Assembly (NCBI GenBank): GCA_043228905.1 | Contig: JBHGNT010000005.1 | Coordinates: 17,856,001-17,920,000 of the forward strand | Source: Azolla caroliniana | Taxonomy: Eukaryota; Plantae; Polypodiophyta | Direction: 5' to 3' | DNA length: 64,000 nt | Shown here: positions 49,124 to 60,000 of the stretch, piece by piece | Layout of the letters: each line of letters starts with the position of its first letter | Position numbering within the stretch: position 1 is the first letter of the stretch | Made by a program: the position numbers and the translations under genes | Notes under the pieces: generated by a model | Database searches by the model: none | The model's input: only the letters and a program-made list of their open reading frames with translations | Told to the model about the DNA's origin: nothing

Positions 49124-52011
49124 ATGGCACTGTCGGAAGAGGCACGCCAATGGATGATAGAGAACGGGTTAGAAGGATTGCTGCGGATCGCCGACGCTCC
49201 ACCACACGCAGAACCGGAGCAGGCGGCAGCATCGATTGATTTATCAGAAGTCACGGAAGGAGCGGTGTAGGCGCTCACGGGGATAAAAGCAGGAGGACTT
49301 CAAACGATCGAAAACCCTTCAAGTCAAATCCTGTTCGAATATTTCGGTGAGTATTCCATTAGCAGCAAGGCGTACCGAACACAGGGCGGAGAGAACCTGT
49401 TGTTTGGAGAAGTGGCCCGCGCCATGATGGAATACGGATTCGTGAATTCTCGTCCCCCGGCCATAGCCAGGTACCGGGCAGCGTTCCTAATTGCAACGTA
49501 CGAAGGATTACAAGTGGACTGGCTCCATTTCATAACCGAAGGATTGAAGGAGGCCATCAAGAACCTTGTGGAAGGAAAAAAGCCATGGGTCAGGATAGCG
49601 CAATGGCTAACGGTGTTAGTCCCACCGGTGCTCCCCATCAAACAAAAGAAAAGAGGTCGGCAGGAGACGACGCCGAAAAAGTTCACAAAGTGCCGACATA
49701 TCCTGGAGAAACACACCCCCGGATGGACCCAGGAAGAAGCAAAACAGCGGGAGGAAGGACCATCCCGACAGCAACAGGAACCGGCAACAAAGGCAAAACC
49801 GGCAGGAAAAGGCAAAGGAAAACCGGCCGAGGAAGAACTGGTAGCGCTCAAACCAATCAATATAACGCTGCGACGGCCGGAACTGGAACCAGAGGACTTT
49901 ATACAAAAGGTCCGTCTGGTAGCCGCACCGGAGGAGGAAGCTGAAGCAGAAGACTCATCCGAACCACTGGTAAGACTCCCAGCAAGACAAGGTCGAGAGA
50001 GACGAGCGAGAGGACCGGCTCCACCAGTTGACAGAACTCAGCAGAGGGCGCAAGGACCACCTCCAATAGCCGGGGCAGAAGCAGTACCGGAACCCGCACC
50101 GAGGGAAGCAGTACCGGCACGGGTTTTGCCGGACTTCAAAGAACCGATCATTCCAGAGAAGAGGAATGAACAAGCGCCGGAGCCAGAGAAAAGGCCGGAA
50201 AAACAGCCTGAGTTAAGGAGTAGAAGTGAGCAATGCTACTCCGACACAGGAAGCACAAAGCCACAATGGCTGAGATGGCTTTCGGAGCAGGTATCGGGAG
50301 TAGCGGACCAGTTAGAGGAAGAAGACATGTGTAGGCAACACCTGACGCATACAACAACCCAGGAGTTGGTCGCACTCCGAACACAGATCCAGGAGTTGCA
50401 AGGGGAGTTGTTGCAGGCGAGGGAAGGAATTCAACAAGCACAAGTTGTCACCGAGCCGGTCAGGACAACAAGGAAGCAACCAGAACCGGAACCGGAACCG
50501 GTAGCCTTGCAAACCGGCCCTGAGACCGAAAAAATAATAGAAACCTTGCGAGAGGAGTTAAAAGCTCAGGAGGCATTAAGGGAAAAAGAAAGGGAGCAGC
50601 GGAAAGCGGTGGAGGACGACAGACGAGCCACTAATGACCGACTGCAAGAAGAAAAAGAAAAGTTGCAAAAGGAGAAGGACTGACTGCGTCGACAGGCCGA
50701 GCAGGAGATAGAGCGACTGCAGGAAGAACTCCGACAACAGAAGGACCGGGACGACCGGTTAAGAGCTCAGGTAAGCCGACGCCTGAAGCAGAAGACGGAG
50801 GACTTCGACCGACTCTACCGAGATCACAAGCAGGCCAAGTCGGACAACAAGAAACGGGCAGCAGACTACGACCGGCAAATAGAGAAGCTGAAAGAACAGC
50901 TCAAAGAGACCCGATTAGACCTGGCTAAGACAATGGACGAGGTCAGTGCCAAAAAGGAAGCATTGTCGGCGGAAATAACCCAAGCGACGGAGAGAAGGAA
51001 TTAGAGGCGCTAAGGCGGGAAAAGCTGGATCTGACCAAGATCAGGAATGAAGAAAAGGAAAGATCGACCTTCACGATCAACAAACTGCAAAGTGCCTATG
51101 AAAAGCAGAAAGCGGATTACGAAGCCCAGGCTCAGATAATGGCCGACATTATAAAACGGGCAAGGAAGGGAAAGCAAGAAGCTTATGCGCATGCTAAAGC
51201 GGGGGTTGACCGGATCAAGCTCATCATGTCATGTTGGAGTACCCGAGCTCAGGCAAGCATCAACGAAAGTACGGAAAAGCTATGGAAGGAGTGGTCACAA
51301 CAGGCAGCCGAGCTGCAGACACTCCGAGCTGATGCCAAGAATCGGGGGAAGACCGGTGACAATTTCTACAAGATGGATGAAGAAAGTATCGTCGCCATTC
51401 GGGAAGAATTGTCGGAGGATTTCTACGCTTTAGCGGAAGAACATCTCAAAGAAATCCGAGGGTTGGTAGAGAGGTTGGATGACGGGCAGCTCGCAACTCA
51501 GTTGGAGTTGGAGAAATATGAGCAGGACCGGTTACGACAGGAAGCCGAGGGAAGAACGATGCCAATCACTATAAGTGAGGGAGAGCGACCGGCTGAAGCT
51601 GAACGAACCGACACCGAATAACCCCGACAAGGAATACCCGAAGAAGAACTTCCGTTCCAAGAAAATCAAGAAGAGCAGGTGCAGACCGATGCCGGGGAAG
51701 AAGAAGAGTTGAGACCGGAAAACACCGGAGCAGAGGAAGAAGGCGCACCGAACCGACCAGTCGAGACCGGAGAAAGCGACACTGGTAACAGAACAGAGCC
51801 TGGAACGGAGGAAGAACAGGAAGAACCCGGACGGAGCAGTGAGGAAGCACCGGCACCACAGAATCAAGCAGAGTCGGAGCAGCAAATTTTTACGGAACAG
51901 CCAACCCAACCGGAGGTCGGAGACCAGGTAGGCAATGAACAGGAATTGGAGGAAGAGGCACCACTTGACACCTTTGAGCGGAGTTTGCTCGATATTTTGG
52001 AGGAAGAATGA
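49124..52011 (+). pseudogene. Extra ORF of element E2 (N-terminal globular part, coiled-coil, acidic tail), broken by stops and a frameshift
   Basis: ATG 49124 is in frame with ORF 49400-50683; continues 51139-51621 and to 52011; TATATAA at 48981. Confidence 0.7.
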
Positions 52012-52450
52012 GGCCGAGAGTGGATTCGAAGTGCAAGGCACTTTCCCACGGGCGTGCCATGTGTTGGCCGGTCAAAAGAGCAAGGACAAGTGGGAAGGCG
52101 GAGTCGGATCGGATAATAGGAAGTAAATAATAGTATATTTATTATTCGGAGGGATGGATCCGGTACAATTGTACCCATCTGGATCCGGACCGATTCGGAT
52201 GCCGGTTGCCTAAGCGCACCGATTGTAACCTTGCCGAATGCCTATAAAAGGATCCGATGATTTGTAAATGCTTTACGGAAGTAATACAATTATACTTATT
52301 GCGTGTTTATCTTTGTCTTTGTATTGTTTTACCGTCTGTGCTTAGTGTAATCATCTTACGCGTGTAACCTAGCATCGAATCCTTACCACCCCTTTGGAGA
52401 AGTGTCGGATAGACACCTGTGTTGAGGCTAGTCCGGCCAGGCAAACAACA

Positions 52451-55400
52451 GGGACGATAACTCGAACTGGATTTGTTGTAGTCGGTGGAGGTGATGCGCC
52501 GCACTAGGGTTTCGTGACACTTCGGGAAGATCCAATATACACCATCGAGGGTGGTTGCTGGTGTAGACAAAGAAAGGTGTAACTTTGGTAGAAGAGTGGA
52601 CCGTGTTGTTGTATGCAAACTCGGCAAGATGTAAAATATTACTCCAATCATCTTGTTGATAACTAATGAAACATCGAAGATATTGCTCGAGCATTTGATT
52701 TGTGCGCTCTGTTTGTCCGTCGGTTTGTGGATGATAAGCCGAAGAGAGTTTGCAAGAGATTTTGAGGCCTGCCCATAGGTGCTTCCAAAAGTGTGAGATA
52801 AATTGAGGACCTCGATCGCTAATAATATCATTCGGGAGACCATGATGGCGAAACACTTCACGCATAATGAGATCTGCAGTTTCTTCACTATTGATGGTCT
52901 TTACACATGGTACAAAATGTGCCATCTTGGTGAACCGATCCACTACTGTTAAAATAGTATCAAAGCCTTTGGAAGGTGGCAGATCCATAATGAAATCCAT
53001 AGAAATAGACTGCCATGGCTTGTTGGGAGGGGGTAATGGTTGTAGTAAGCCATAAGGGTGATGCCGGGGTATTTTGGCGCGACAGCAGGTGTCACAAGTG
53101 CGAACATAATCTTTGACAAATTTTTGCAAGTGAGGCCACCAAAACGAACGTTTCACCAGCTCAATGGTCTTGGAAATACCAAAATGTCCAGCCATGGGGG
53201 CATCATGACAATGTTCCAACACTTGAAGTCGGGGTGATCCGTCGGGGACATAAAGGAGATTCTTGTAGAAGAGTAAACCATCTTCCCACTTGAAGTCCTG
53301 ATAATGTTGAGATGACCCTGGCAATGTGGAGCAAGATGGATGACTTGAACCACAGTGGGCTAAGACATCCTTAGCAAAATCATCCGAATGAAGTTGTTGC
53401 CGAATAGTGTCAAGAAGGGTAGAATCAAGTGGTGTGGCATAAATTGTTGTTACCTGTAGCTTTGATGGCCCGAGGAGAGTTTGCTTTTGATTGTCAAAGG
53501 CTGGATCTCTAGGTCGAAGTGCTAGATATGAATGCTGAGACAGAGCATCTGCTTTCCCTTGTTGTTTTCCGGGGCGAAAAATGATCTTGAAATCGAAACG
53601 CGTTAGAAATTGGGCCCACCGAGCTTGTCGTCTATTTAATACTCGAGCTGTTTGAAAATATGTGAGATTTTTGTGATCACTATAAATGATAATCTGATGA
53701 GGTGATCCTTCTAGAAAATGACGCCATTGCTCGAATGAGTTGACCACAGCTAGTAACTCCTTGTCATGCACCTCATAGTTTATCTCTGAAACAATAAATT
53801 TTCTCAAGTGAAACGCGACTGGATGTATCTGCTCGTCCTCGCCTGGTTGCGATAGGATACTCCCCAATGCAAAGTCTGATGCATCCGCCTCAATAGCAAA
53901 TGGCTTTTCAGGATCAATATGTGCTAGGATGGGTGCTGATGTGAATGCCTCTTTCAGCTGCGTAAAAGCCTTGTCCGCTTCGATACTCCAAAAAAATGCT
54001 TGATTTTTCTTGGTGAGTTGAGTAAGGGGCAACACAATGCTTGAATAATTATGTATGAATTTGCGATAGAAGTTCGCAAATCCGAGGAAACACTGGACAT
54101 CCCGAACTGAGCATGGGGGTTTCCATTCCAATATTGTTTGGACTTTTGCCGGGTCCATGAAAACACCATGGGATGAAATAGTGTATCCCAAAAATTCGAC
54201 TTGTTTGCAATCAAAACTGCATTTCTCAAGTTTGGCGTAAAGATCATACTTCCTTAGGCGTTCAAGTACTTGCCGCACATGTATATCATGCTCCCCTTGT
54301 GTTTTAGAGTAAATCAATAGATCATATAGGTAGATGATTAGAAAAATATCCAAGAAATCCCAGAAGATGTCATTTTCCATATGTTGGAATACGGCAGGTG
54401 CATTTGTGAGCCCGAAAGGCATGACTGTATACTCGAAATGACCATACCGAGTACGAAATACTGTTTTCCACTCATCTCCCGGCCGAATTCGAACAAGATT
54501 ATATGCACCCCTTAGATCAATTTTGGTAAAATGCTTTGCCCCACCAATGCGTTCTAAGATATTGGAGATTAAAGGTAAAGCATACCTATTCCTTATGGTG
54601 ACTTTATTTAAGCCTCGATAGTCCACGACCAAACGAAGGGAGCCGTCCTTTTTCTTCACAAAAAAGATAGGAGCACCAGCTGGAGACTTTGAATGTCGAA
54701 TAAACCCATGTGCAAGATTTTCCTCGATGTATTCTCGAAGAACCTCAAGCTCAGTGGGTGATGAATTGTAAATCGGACACCACGGTGGCTCTTTTCCTGG
54801 TTGGAGATCAATAGGACAGTCGTACAGCCGATGCTTTGGAAGAACACTAGCTTTGACTTTGTCGAAAACATCAACATAATCTTGATATTTTTTGGGAATT
54901 TGGATGTCTGAATTCCCTTGAGTGACACTAGAAGGTGTCACTGATACAGCAAATAAGAAAAGGTCCTCCTTGCCTCCCACTTGGCGCAATTGTTGCAATG
55001 TGATGGCTGAAATTTGAGGAGAAGGATATGGCGCATCGGTAGAACTATATACTTTGGGAGGATAATCCCGAGTTCGATCCTTGACAATGATATTTTCTGT
55101 TAAAGGGCACCTAATTTCTCGCTTCCTCCAATCGATTCTAGGGTTATGTAGCTCGAACCATGGCAAACCGAGGACAATTGGATGCTCAGGACTACGGATT
55201 ATGTTAAAGGAAACTACACATCCTAAATCACCCAAGAGTATGTGTATTGGCTCAGACTCTTCAAATATCTTCCCGAAAGCTATGGGGCGTCCATCAATCA
55301 CTACTACGGAAATTGGACAAGGAAGTGTATGCAAGGATATTTGGTGTTTTTGGGCAAAATCTCTATCCATGAAACAAGAATTGGCTCCAGTATCTAAGAG

Positions 55401-55559
55401 GGCTTGGACTTGAAGTTGACAACTGGGTGTCCTAACTTGTACTAGGGCTGAGAAGACTCTACTAACATGCTTGGAAGTAATGGAACCCACACTAGGTTGT
55501 ACATATCTAGGGTTGTCCAACCAAATGGCTCCTATTTTGGCCGGACTTATTCGTTTGAC
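52451..55559 (-). pseudogene. pol: Chromovirus pol (protease, RT, RNase H, integrase core)
   Basis: LLDTGANS, VVDYRGLN, YLYDL (catalytic YLDD mutated), EADASD, HPQTDGQTER. Confidence 0.95.
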
Positions 55560-56710
55560 TCCTCTTCTAATTGGCTTAGGACTTCAAATTTATTGGACAA
55601 GGGTGGATTATTCATAATATTATATTCACTAACTACTTCTAAAATGTTGGACTCATTTTTATTGTCATAGTGAATTTGATTTACCTGACGTCTCGGCCTA
55701 CGAGAGCAACGAATGGCTATATGTCCTGGACCTCCACAATATAAGCACAGATGGTTTGCTCGACGACGTTGCTTCTCTTCGTCTGACAACGGTCCTCGTC
55801 GTTGAGTCATATCGATCTCCATGGGTGTAGGACTATCCATTGGGACTGGACTACGTGTTTGCCTTGGAGTTGGAGCAGGGCTATACATTTGCCTTGGGGA
55901 TGATTGCGCCGTTACTGATGCATAAGTTGGTGTGAATCTTGATCTTGTTATTTGTTGTTGTCGCTCACATCGACGCTCAAAAAGGCGATTATCACACCGT
56001 ATTGCTCAACTAATAGCTTCTGTAAGTGACCTTGGATCCTCGGGGAAGGTAAGAAGTAAGTATTTGACATCACTATGAAGGCCTGAACGGAATTGCTCCA
56101 TTAGGGCTTGTTCATCCCAAGGAATATCGCTTGCGATTAGACGGAAATTGGCAGCATATGTTGAAGCTGGTTGATCACCTTGACGAAGTGTACGAATCTT
56201 GTTGATAGTTGTTCTCGCCCCATCAGTATCTCCGAAACAAGCCTTAAATTCCTTGATAAATTCCTCGAAATTATTCAGTAGAGGAGAATTGGTCTCTAGC
56301 AATGGAGCAAACCACGACAACGCTATGCCAGTCAATAAAGTGCCCACTAGCCCGACTCGTGATGCATCTGTTGGATAACGTGCGGGATGCATTTGAATCA
56401 CCAACCGTACTTGATTCAAAAAACCTCGGAAATGCGCCCTCGACCCATCAAATTTAGCTGGGAGGTTAATTTTGGGCTCCTTGATAAGTCCCTGACCTTC
56501 AACCCTTTGTTGTTGTAACACGACGATTGTCGACTCTAACTGTTGCACTCGTCGCGTGAACTCCTCTTGTTGTTGTTGCTTCTCTATAGTAACCTTTTGT
56601 AGATCCCCAAGTAGACATTGATTCTCCACTTCAAGAGATGCGAACTTTGATTTAAGGTTCTCCATTTCTGCAACAAGGGTGAGATATTCTTCTGAGTTAA
56701 TGGCAGCCAT
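55547..56710 (-). pseudogene. gag: Chromovirus gag (one internal disruption)
   Basis: KINLPAKFDGSR..LRQG..YAANF; PMEID; CLYCGGPGHIAIRC. Confidence 0.92.
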
Positions 56711-56735
56711 GGTTTCAGGATGGTTACAAAGGAGG

Positions 56736-56739
<4 letters not shown>

Positions 56740-56774
<35 letters not shown>
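56740..56774. repeat. (GA)n microsatellite in the chromovirus leader
   Basis: About 17 perfect AG units. Confidence 0.95.
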
Positions 56775-56779
<5 letters not shown>

Positions 56780-56786
56780 GAATCAA
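56775..56786 (-). other. Self-priming PBS of the chromovirus
   Basis: TTGATTCGAATT, 2 nt after the 5' LTR, complements AATTCGAATCAA at the predicted transcript start (56953-56942). Confidence 0.8.
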
Positions 56787-57010
56787 ACTGTCAAAACCAA
56801 GGATAAAAGATAGAGTGATGGAAGAAGGATATTAGAGAACACGAGAAGAAAGGAACGAAATACTAAGAGAAGAATGGATGTATAAGATAGAGAAAGAAAG
56901 AGAATGGATACAAGATATATAATGAGAGCTAAAGACTGGTGTTGATTCGAATTGATTTGAGAATACATGTATGCCCTTATTCATAGGTTCCTATAGAATA
57001 GCTTAGAGAT

Positions 57011-57074
57011 TTCTAGAATGTTCTAGAATGTTCTAGACCTAGAATGCTCTAGGACATTCTAGAACATTCTAGAA
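57011..57074. promoter_or_regulatory. Heat-shock element cluster in the chromovirus 5' LTR
   Basis: TTCTAGAATGTTCTAGAATGTTC and TTCTAGAACATTCTAGAA. Confidence 0.7.
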
Positions 57075-60000
57075 TAATCTAGAGTTTTTACAATAATCAA
57101 TGTAATACAAGAAGTAGCTTTTATTGTTTCATATAACAATAAGCTATCTTAATGGTTGAGGTTTTCAAGTATGGATTACAAGGTTCGAGGTTCAAGTCCG
57201 GGTGACGCCATAATGGTCATGTGTTCATGACAGTCGCGTGGGCCGGACTCAAAACATAAGTAGAATGTAAACCCTTATCGGATAAGTAAAGAAAGAGATG
57301 AAAAAACCCTAAAACTAATAGAAAACCCTCGACCTAAGTGGTATACATCTTCTCACTCAAAATAGGCCACCCTTTCAATGGTGCCCATCCTCGCCTTTTG
57401 TAGCATAAGGAGAGAAAGCCGTTACAAAAGGGAGAGAGTAAATATCCCCTTCATTCAATGGGGGATATTTGCTTAGATTCTTGGAGAAGGGATTGATGAG
57501 GACCTAACCCCCACTCCTCACACATACTGTTATGCCCATTACTCACCTCGTACTCCTATGTACCCCTCTCTTTCTCATGTGGATGTGCACATAAGTGCAC
57601 ATCACATTTACATTTTAGGAATCTTGTGGTGCATTTCTTACAATTTACATTTGTTCTTATTAATATTTTACAAGTACATCATGTGCGTGTGCAACGTTGC
57701 AAACCTCAATTATGCTCACTCCGCTCGGTTCTCCCCCTATAGACGAAAATCTTCATGACAGCACGTGGCTTTTAACCACGTGGTCATGGGTTCAATTCCC
57801 ACAGACGGCGCGAACTTCAACCCATCTCTTGGTTTCCCAAACTTCACTTCCCATTCCATGCATTCGTTGTACAAAATGTCTATATTGAGCAACCTCTTCT
57901 TCTGGGCACAATTTTGTATGACAAGTTGGTCGTATTTAATTACATTGATTTCCATCCAATTTCCTCTCGGGAAGATGAGGAGAGAGTGTGTCTCGTATAG
58001 ATTCACCATCTTGATATAATTCTATACCCTACTAGAAACTAAGGTACCGCAAGGCCGTCTTAGCTCAACCGGTAGAGTGCGTGGCTTTTAACCACGTGAT
58101 CGTGTGTTCGATTCCCACATACGGCAAAAAAATCAACCCATCTCTTGCTTTCAGAAACTACAGTTCCCATTCCATGCACTCATTGGAAAAAATGAATAGA
58201 TTAGGCAACCTCTTCTTGTTGGTGAGGTTTAGTATGGGAAATTGGTCGTGTTTAATTACCTTTAGTTGCATGCTCTTTTCCCATTTATGGGTTGCAAGTT
58301 CAACCAATCTCTTGGTTTCCTAAACTTCACTTCCCATTCCATGCATTCGTTGTACAAAATGTATACATTGAGCAACCTCTTCTTGTGGGTAAGATTTTGT
58401 ATGACATGTTTGTCGTGTCTAATTACATTGATTTGCATGCTCTTTTCCGCTCTCGAAGATGAGGAGAGAGTGTCTCTCGCATAGATTCACGATCTTAATA
58501 TAATTCTATACCGTAGGAGAAACTAATGTACACCGCAAGATCGTCTTTTAACCACGTGCTCGTGGGTTCTATTCCCACAGACGGCAAGAAGTTCAACCTA
58601 TCTCTTGGTTTCACAAATTTCACTTCACATTCAATGGAGTCATTGGAAAAAATGAATAGATTGAGCAACCTCTTCTTGGTGGTGAGGTTTAGTATGACAA
58701 GTCGGTCGTGTTTAATTACATTGAGTTGCATGCCCTTTTCCTCTCTCGAAAATGAGGAGAGAGTGTCTCTCCCATAGATTCATGATCATAATATAATTTT
58801 ACATCCTAGGAGAAACCAATGTACCATCTCATGGCCATCTTAGCTCAGCTGGTAGAGTGCGTGGCTTTTAAACATGTGGCCATGGGTTTGATTCCCCCAA
58901 ACGGCGAGAACTTCAACCCATGTCTTGGTTTCCCAAAACTCACTTCCCATTCCATGCATTCATTGTACAAAAAGTCTACATTGAGCAACCTCTTCCTGTG
59001 GGCATGATTTTGTATGAGACTGTTACATTGAATTGCATCCTCTTTTCCTCTCTCGAAGATTCACGATCTTAATATAATTCTAAACTTAGGAGAAACTAAT
59101 GTACACCGCAAGGTCGTCTTAGCTCAGCTGGTCGAGCGCATGGCTTTTAACCACGTGGTTGTGGGTTTGAGTCCCACAGACGGCGAGAACTTCAACTCAT
59201 GTCTTGGTTTCCCAAACTTCACTTCCCATTCCCTACATTCGTTGTACAAACAGTCTACATTGAAAAACCTCTTCTTGTTGGTGAGGATTAGTATGGGAAA
59301 TTGGTCATGCTTAATTACCTTGAGTTGCATGCTCTTTTCCTCTCTCGAAGATGTACAAATAGTCTACATTGAAAAACCTCTTCTTGTTGGTGAGGATTAG
59401 TATGGGAAATTGGTCATGCTTAATTACCTTGAGTTGCATGCTCTTTTCCTCTCTCGAAGATGAGGACACAGCGTCGCTCGCATAGATTCACAATGTATGA
59501 CCTCATGGTCATCCTAACTCAGCCGGTAGAGCGCTTGGCTTTTAACCACGTGGTCATGTGTTCAATTCCCACCGACAACGAGAACTTCAACCCATATCTC
59601 GGTTTCCCAAACTTCACTTCCCATTCCATGCATACGTTGTACAAAATGCTTACATTGACCAACCTCTTCTTGTGGGCACAATTTTGTATCACAAGTCTGT
59701 CGTGTTTAATTACATTGATTTGCATCCTATTTTCCTCTCTCAAAGATAATGAGAGAGTGTGTCTCGTATAGATTCATCATCATGATATAATTTTATACCC
59801 TAGGAGAAACTAACGTATCGCGAGGCTGTCTTAGCTAAGTCGGTAGAGTGCGTGGCTTTTAACCACGTAGTCGTGAGTTCGATTCCCACAGATGGTGAGA
59901 AGTTCAACCAATTGCATGGTTTCAGATTGAGCAACCTCTTCTTGTTGGTGAGGTTTACTATGGGAAACTGGTCGTGTTTAATTACCTCTAGTTGCATGCT

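Larger units (their letters stand above)
38559..52450 (+). mobile_element. Ty3/Gypsy element E2 (relative of E) with a large gag-RT deletion and an extra 3' ORF; interrupted by D
   Basis: TSD GGGAC; 389-bp LTRs 38559-38947 and 52062-52450; PBS-like TGGCGACCAC; gag start joined to RT end at ~39330; RNase H/integrase at 39440-40029 and 47061-48657. Confidence 0.93.
37576..57232 (-). mobile_element. Chromovirus F (Ty3/Gypsy, Tcn1/Tf1-like), interrupted by E2
   Basis: TSD GTCGC; LTRs 37576-38009 and 56789-57232; PPT GAAGGAGGGATAG; integrase ends in a chromodomain. Confidence 0.95.
33345..57760 (-). mobile_element. Non-autonomous LTR element C (relative of B), inserted in a tRNA-Lys copy; 5' LTR split by chromovirus F
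   Basis: 3' LTR 33345-34057; 5' LTR 37383-37575 plus 57238-57760; flanks GCGT/GCAC (both from GCGC); tRNA halves 33318-33344 and 57765-57810 rejoin. Confidence 0.92.

Noticed and set aside
4558-57760. Formal clade names (e.g. Phygy, Selgy, Tork) and host species
   Set aside because: Features are suggestive, but assignment needs an RT phylogeny or REXdb search that I could not run
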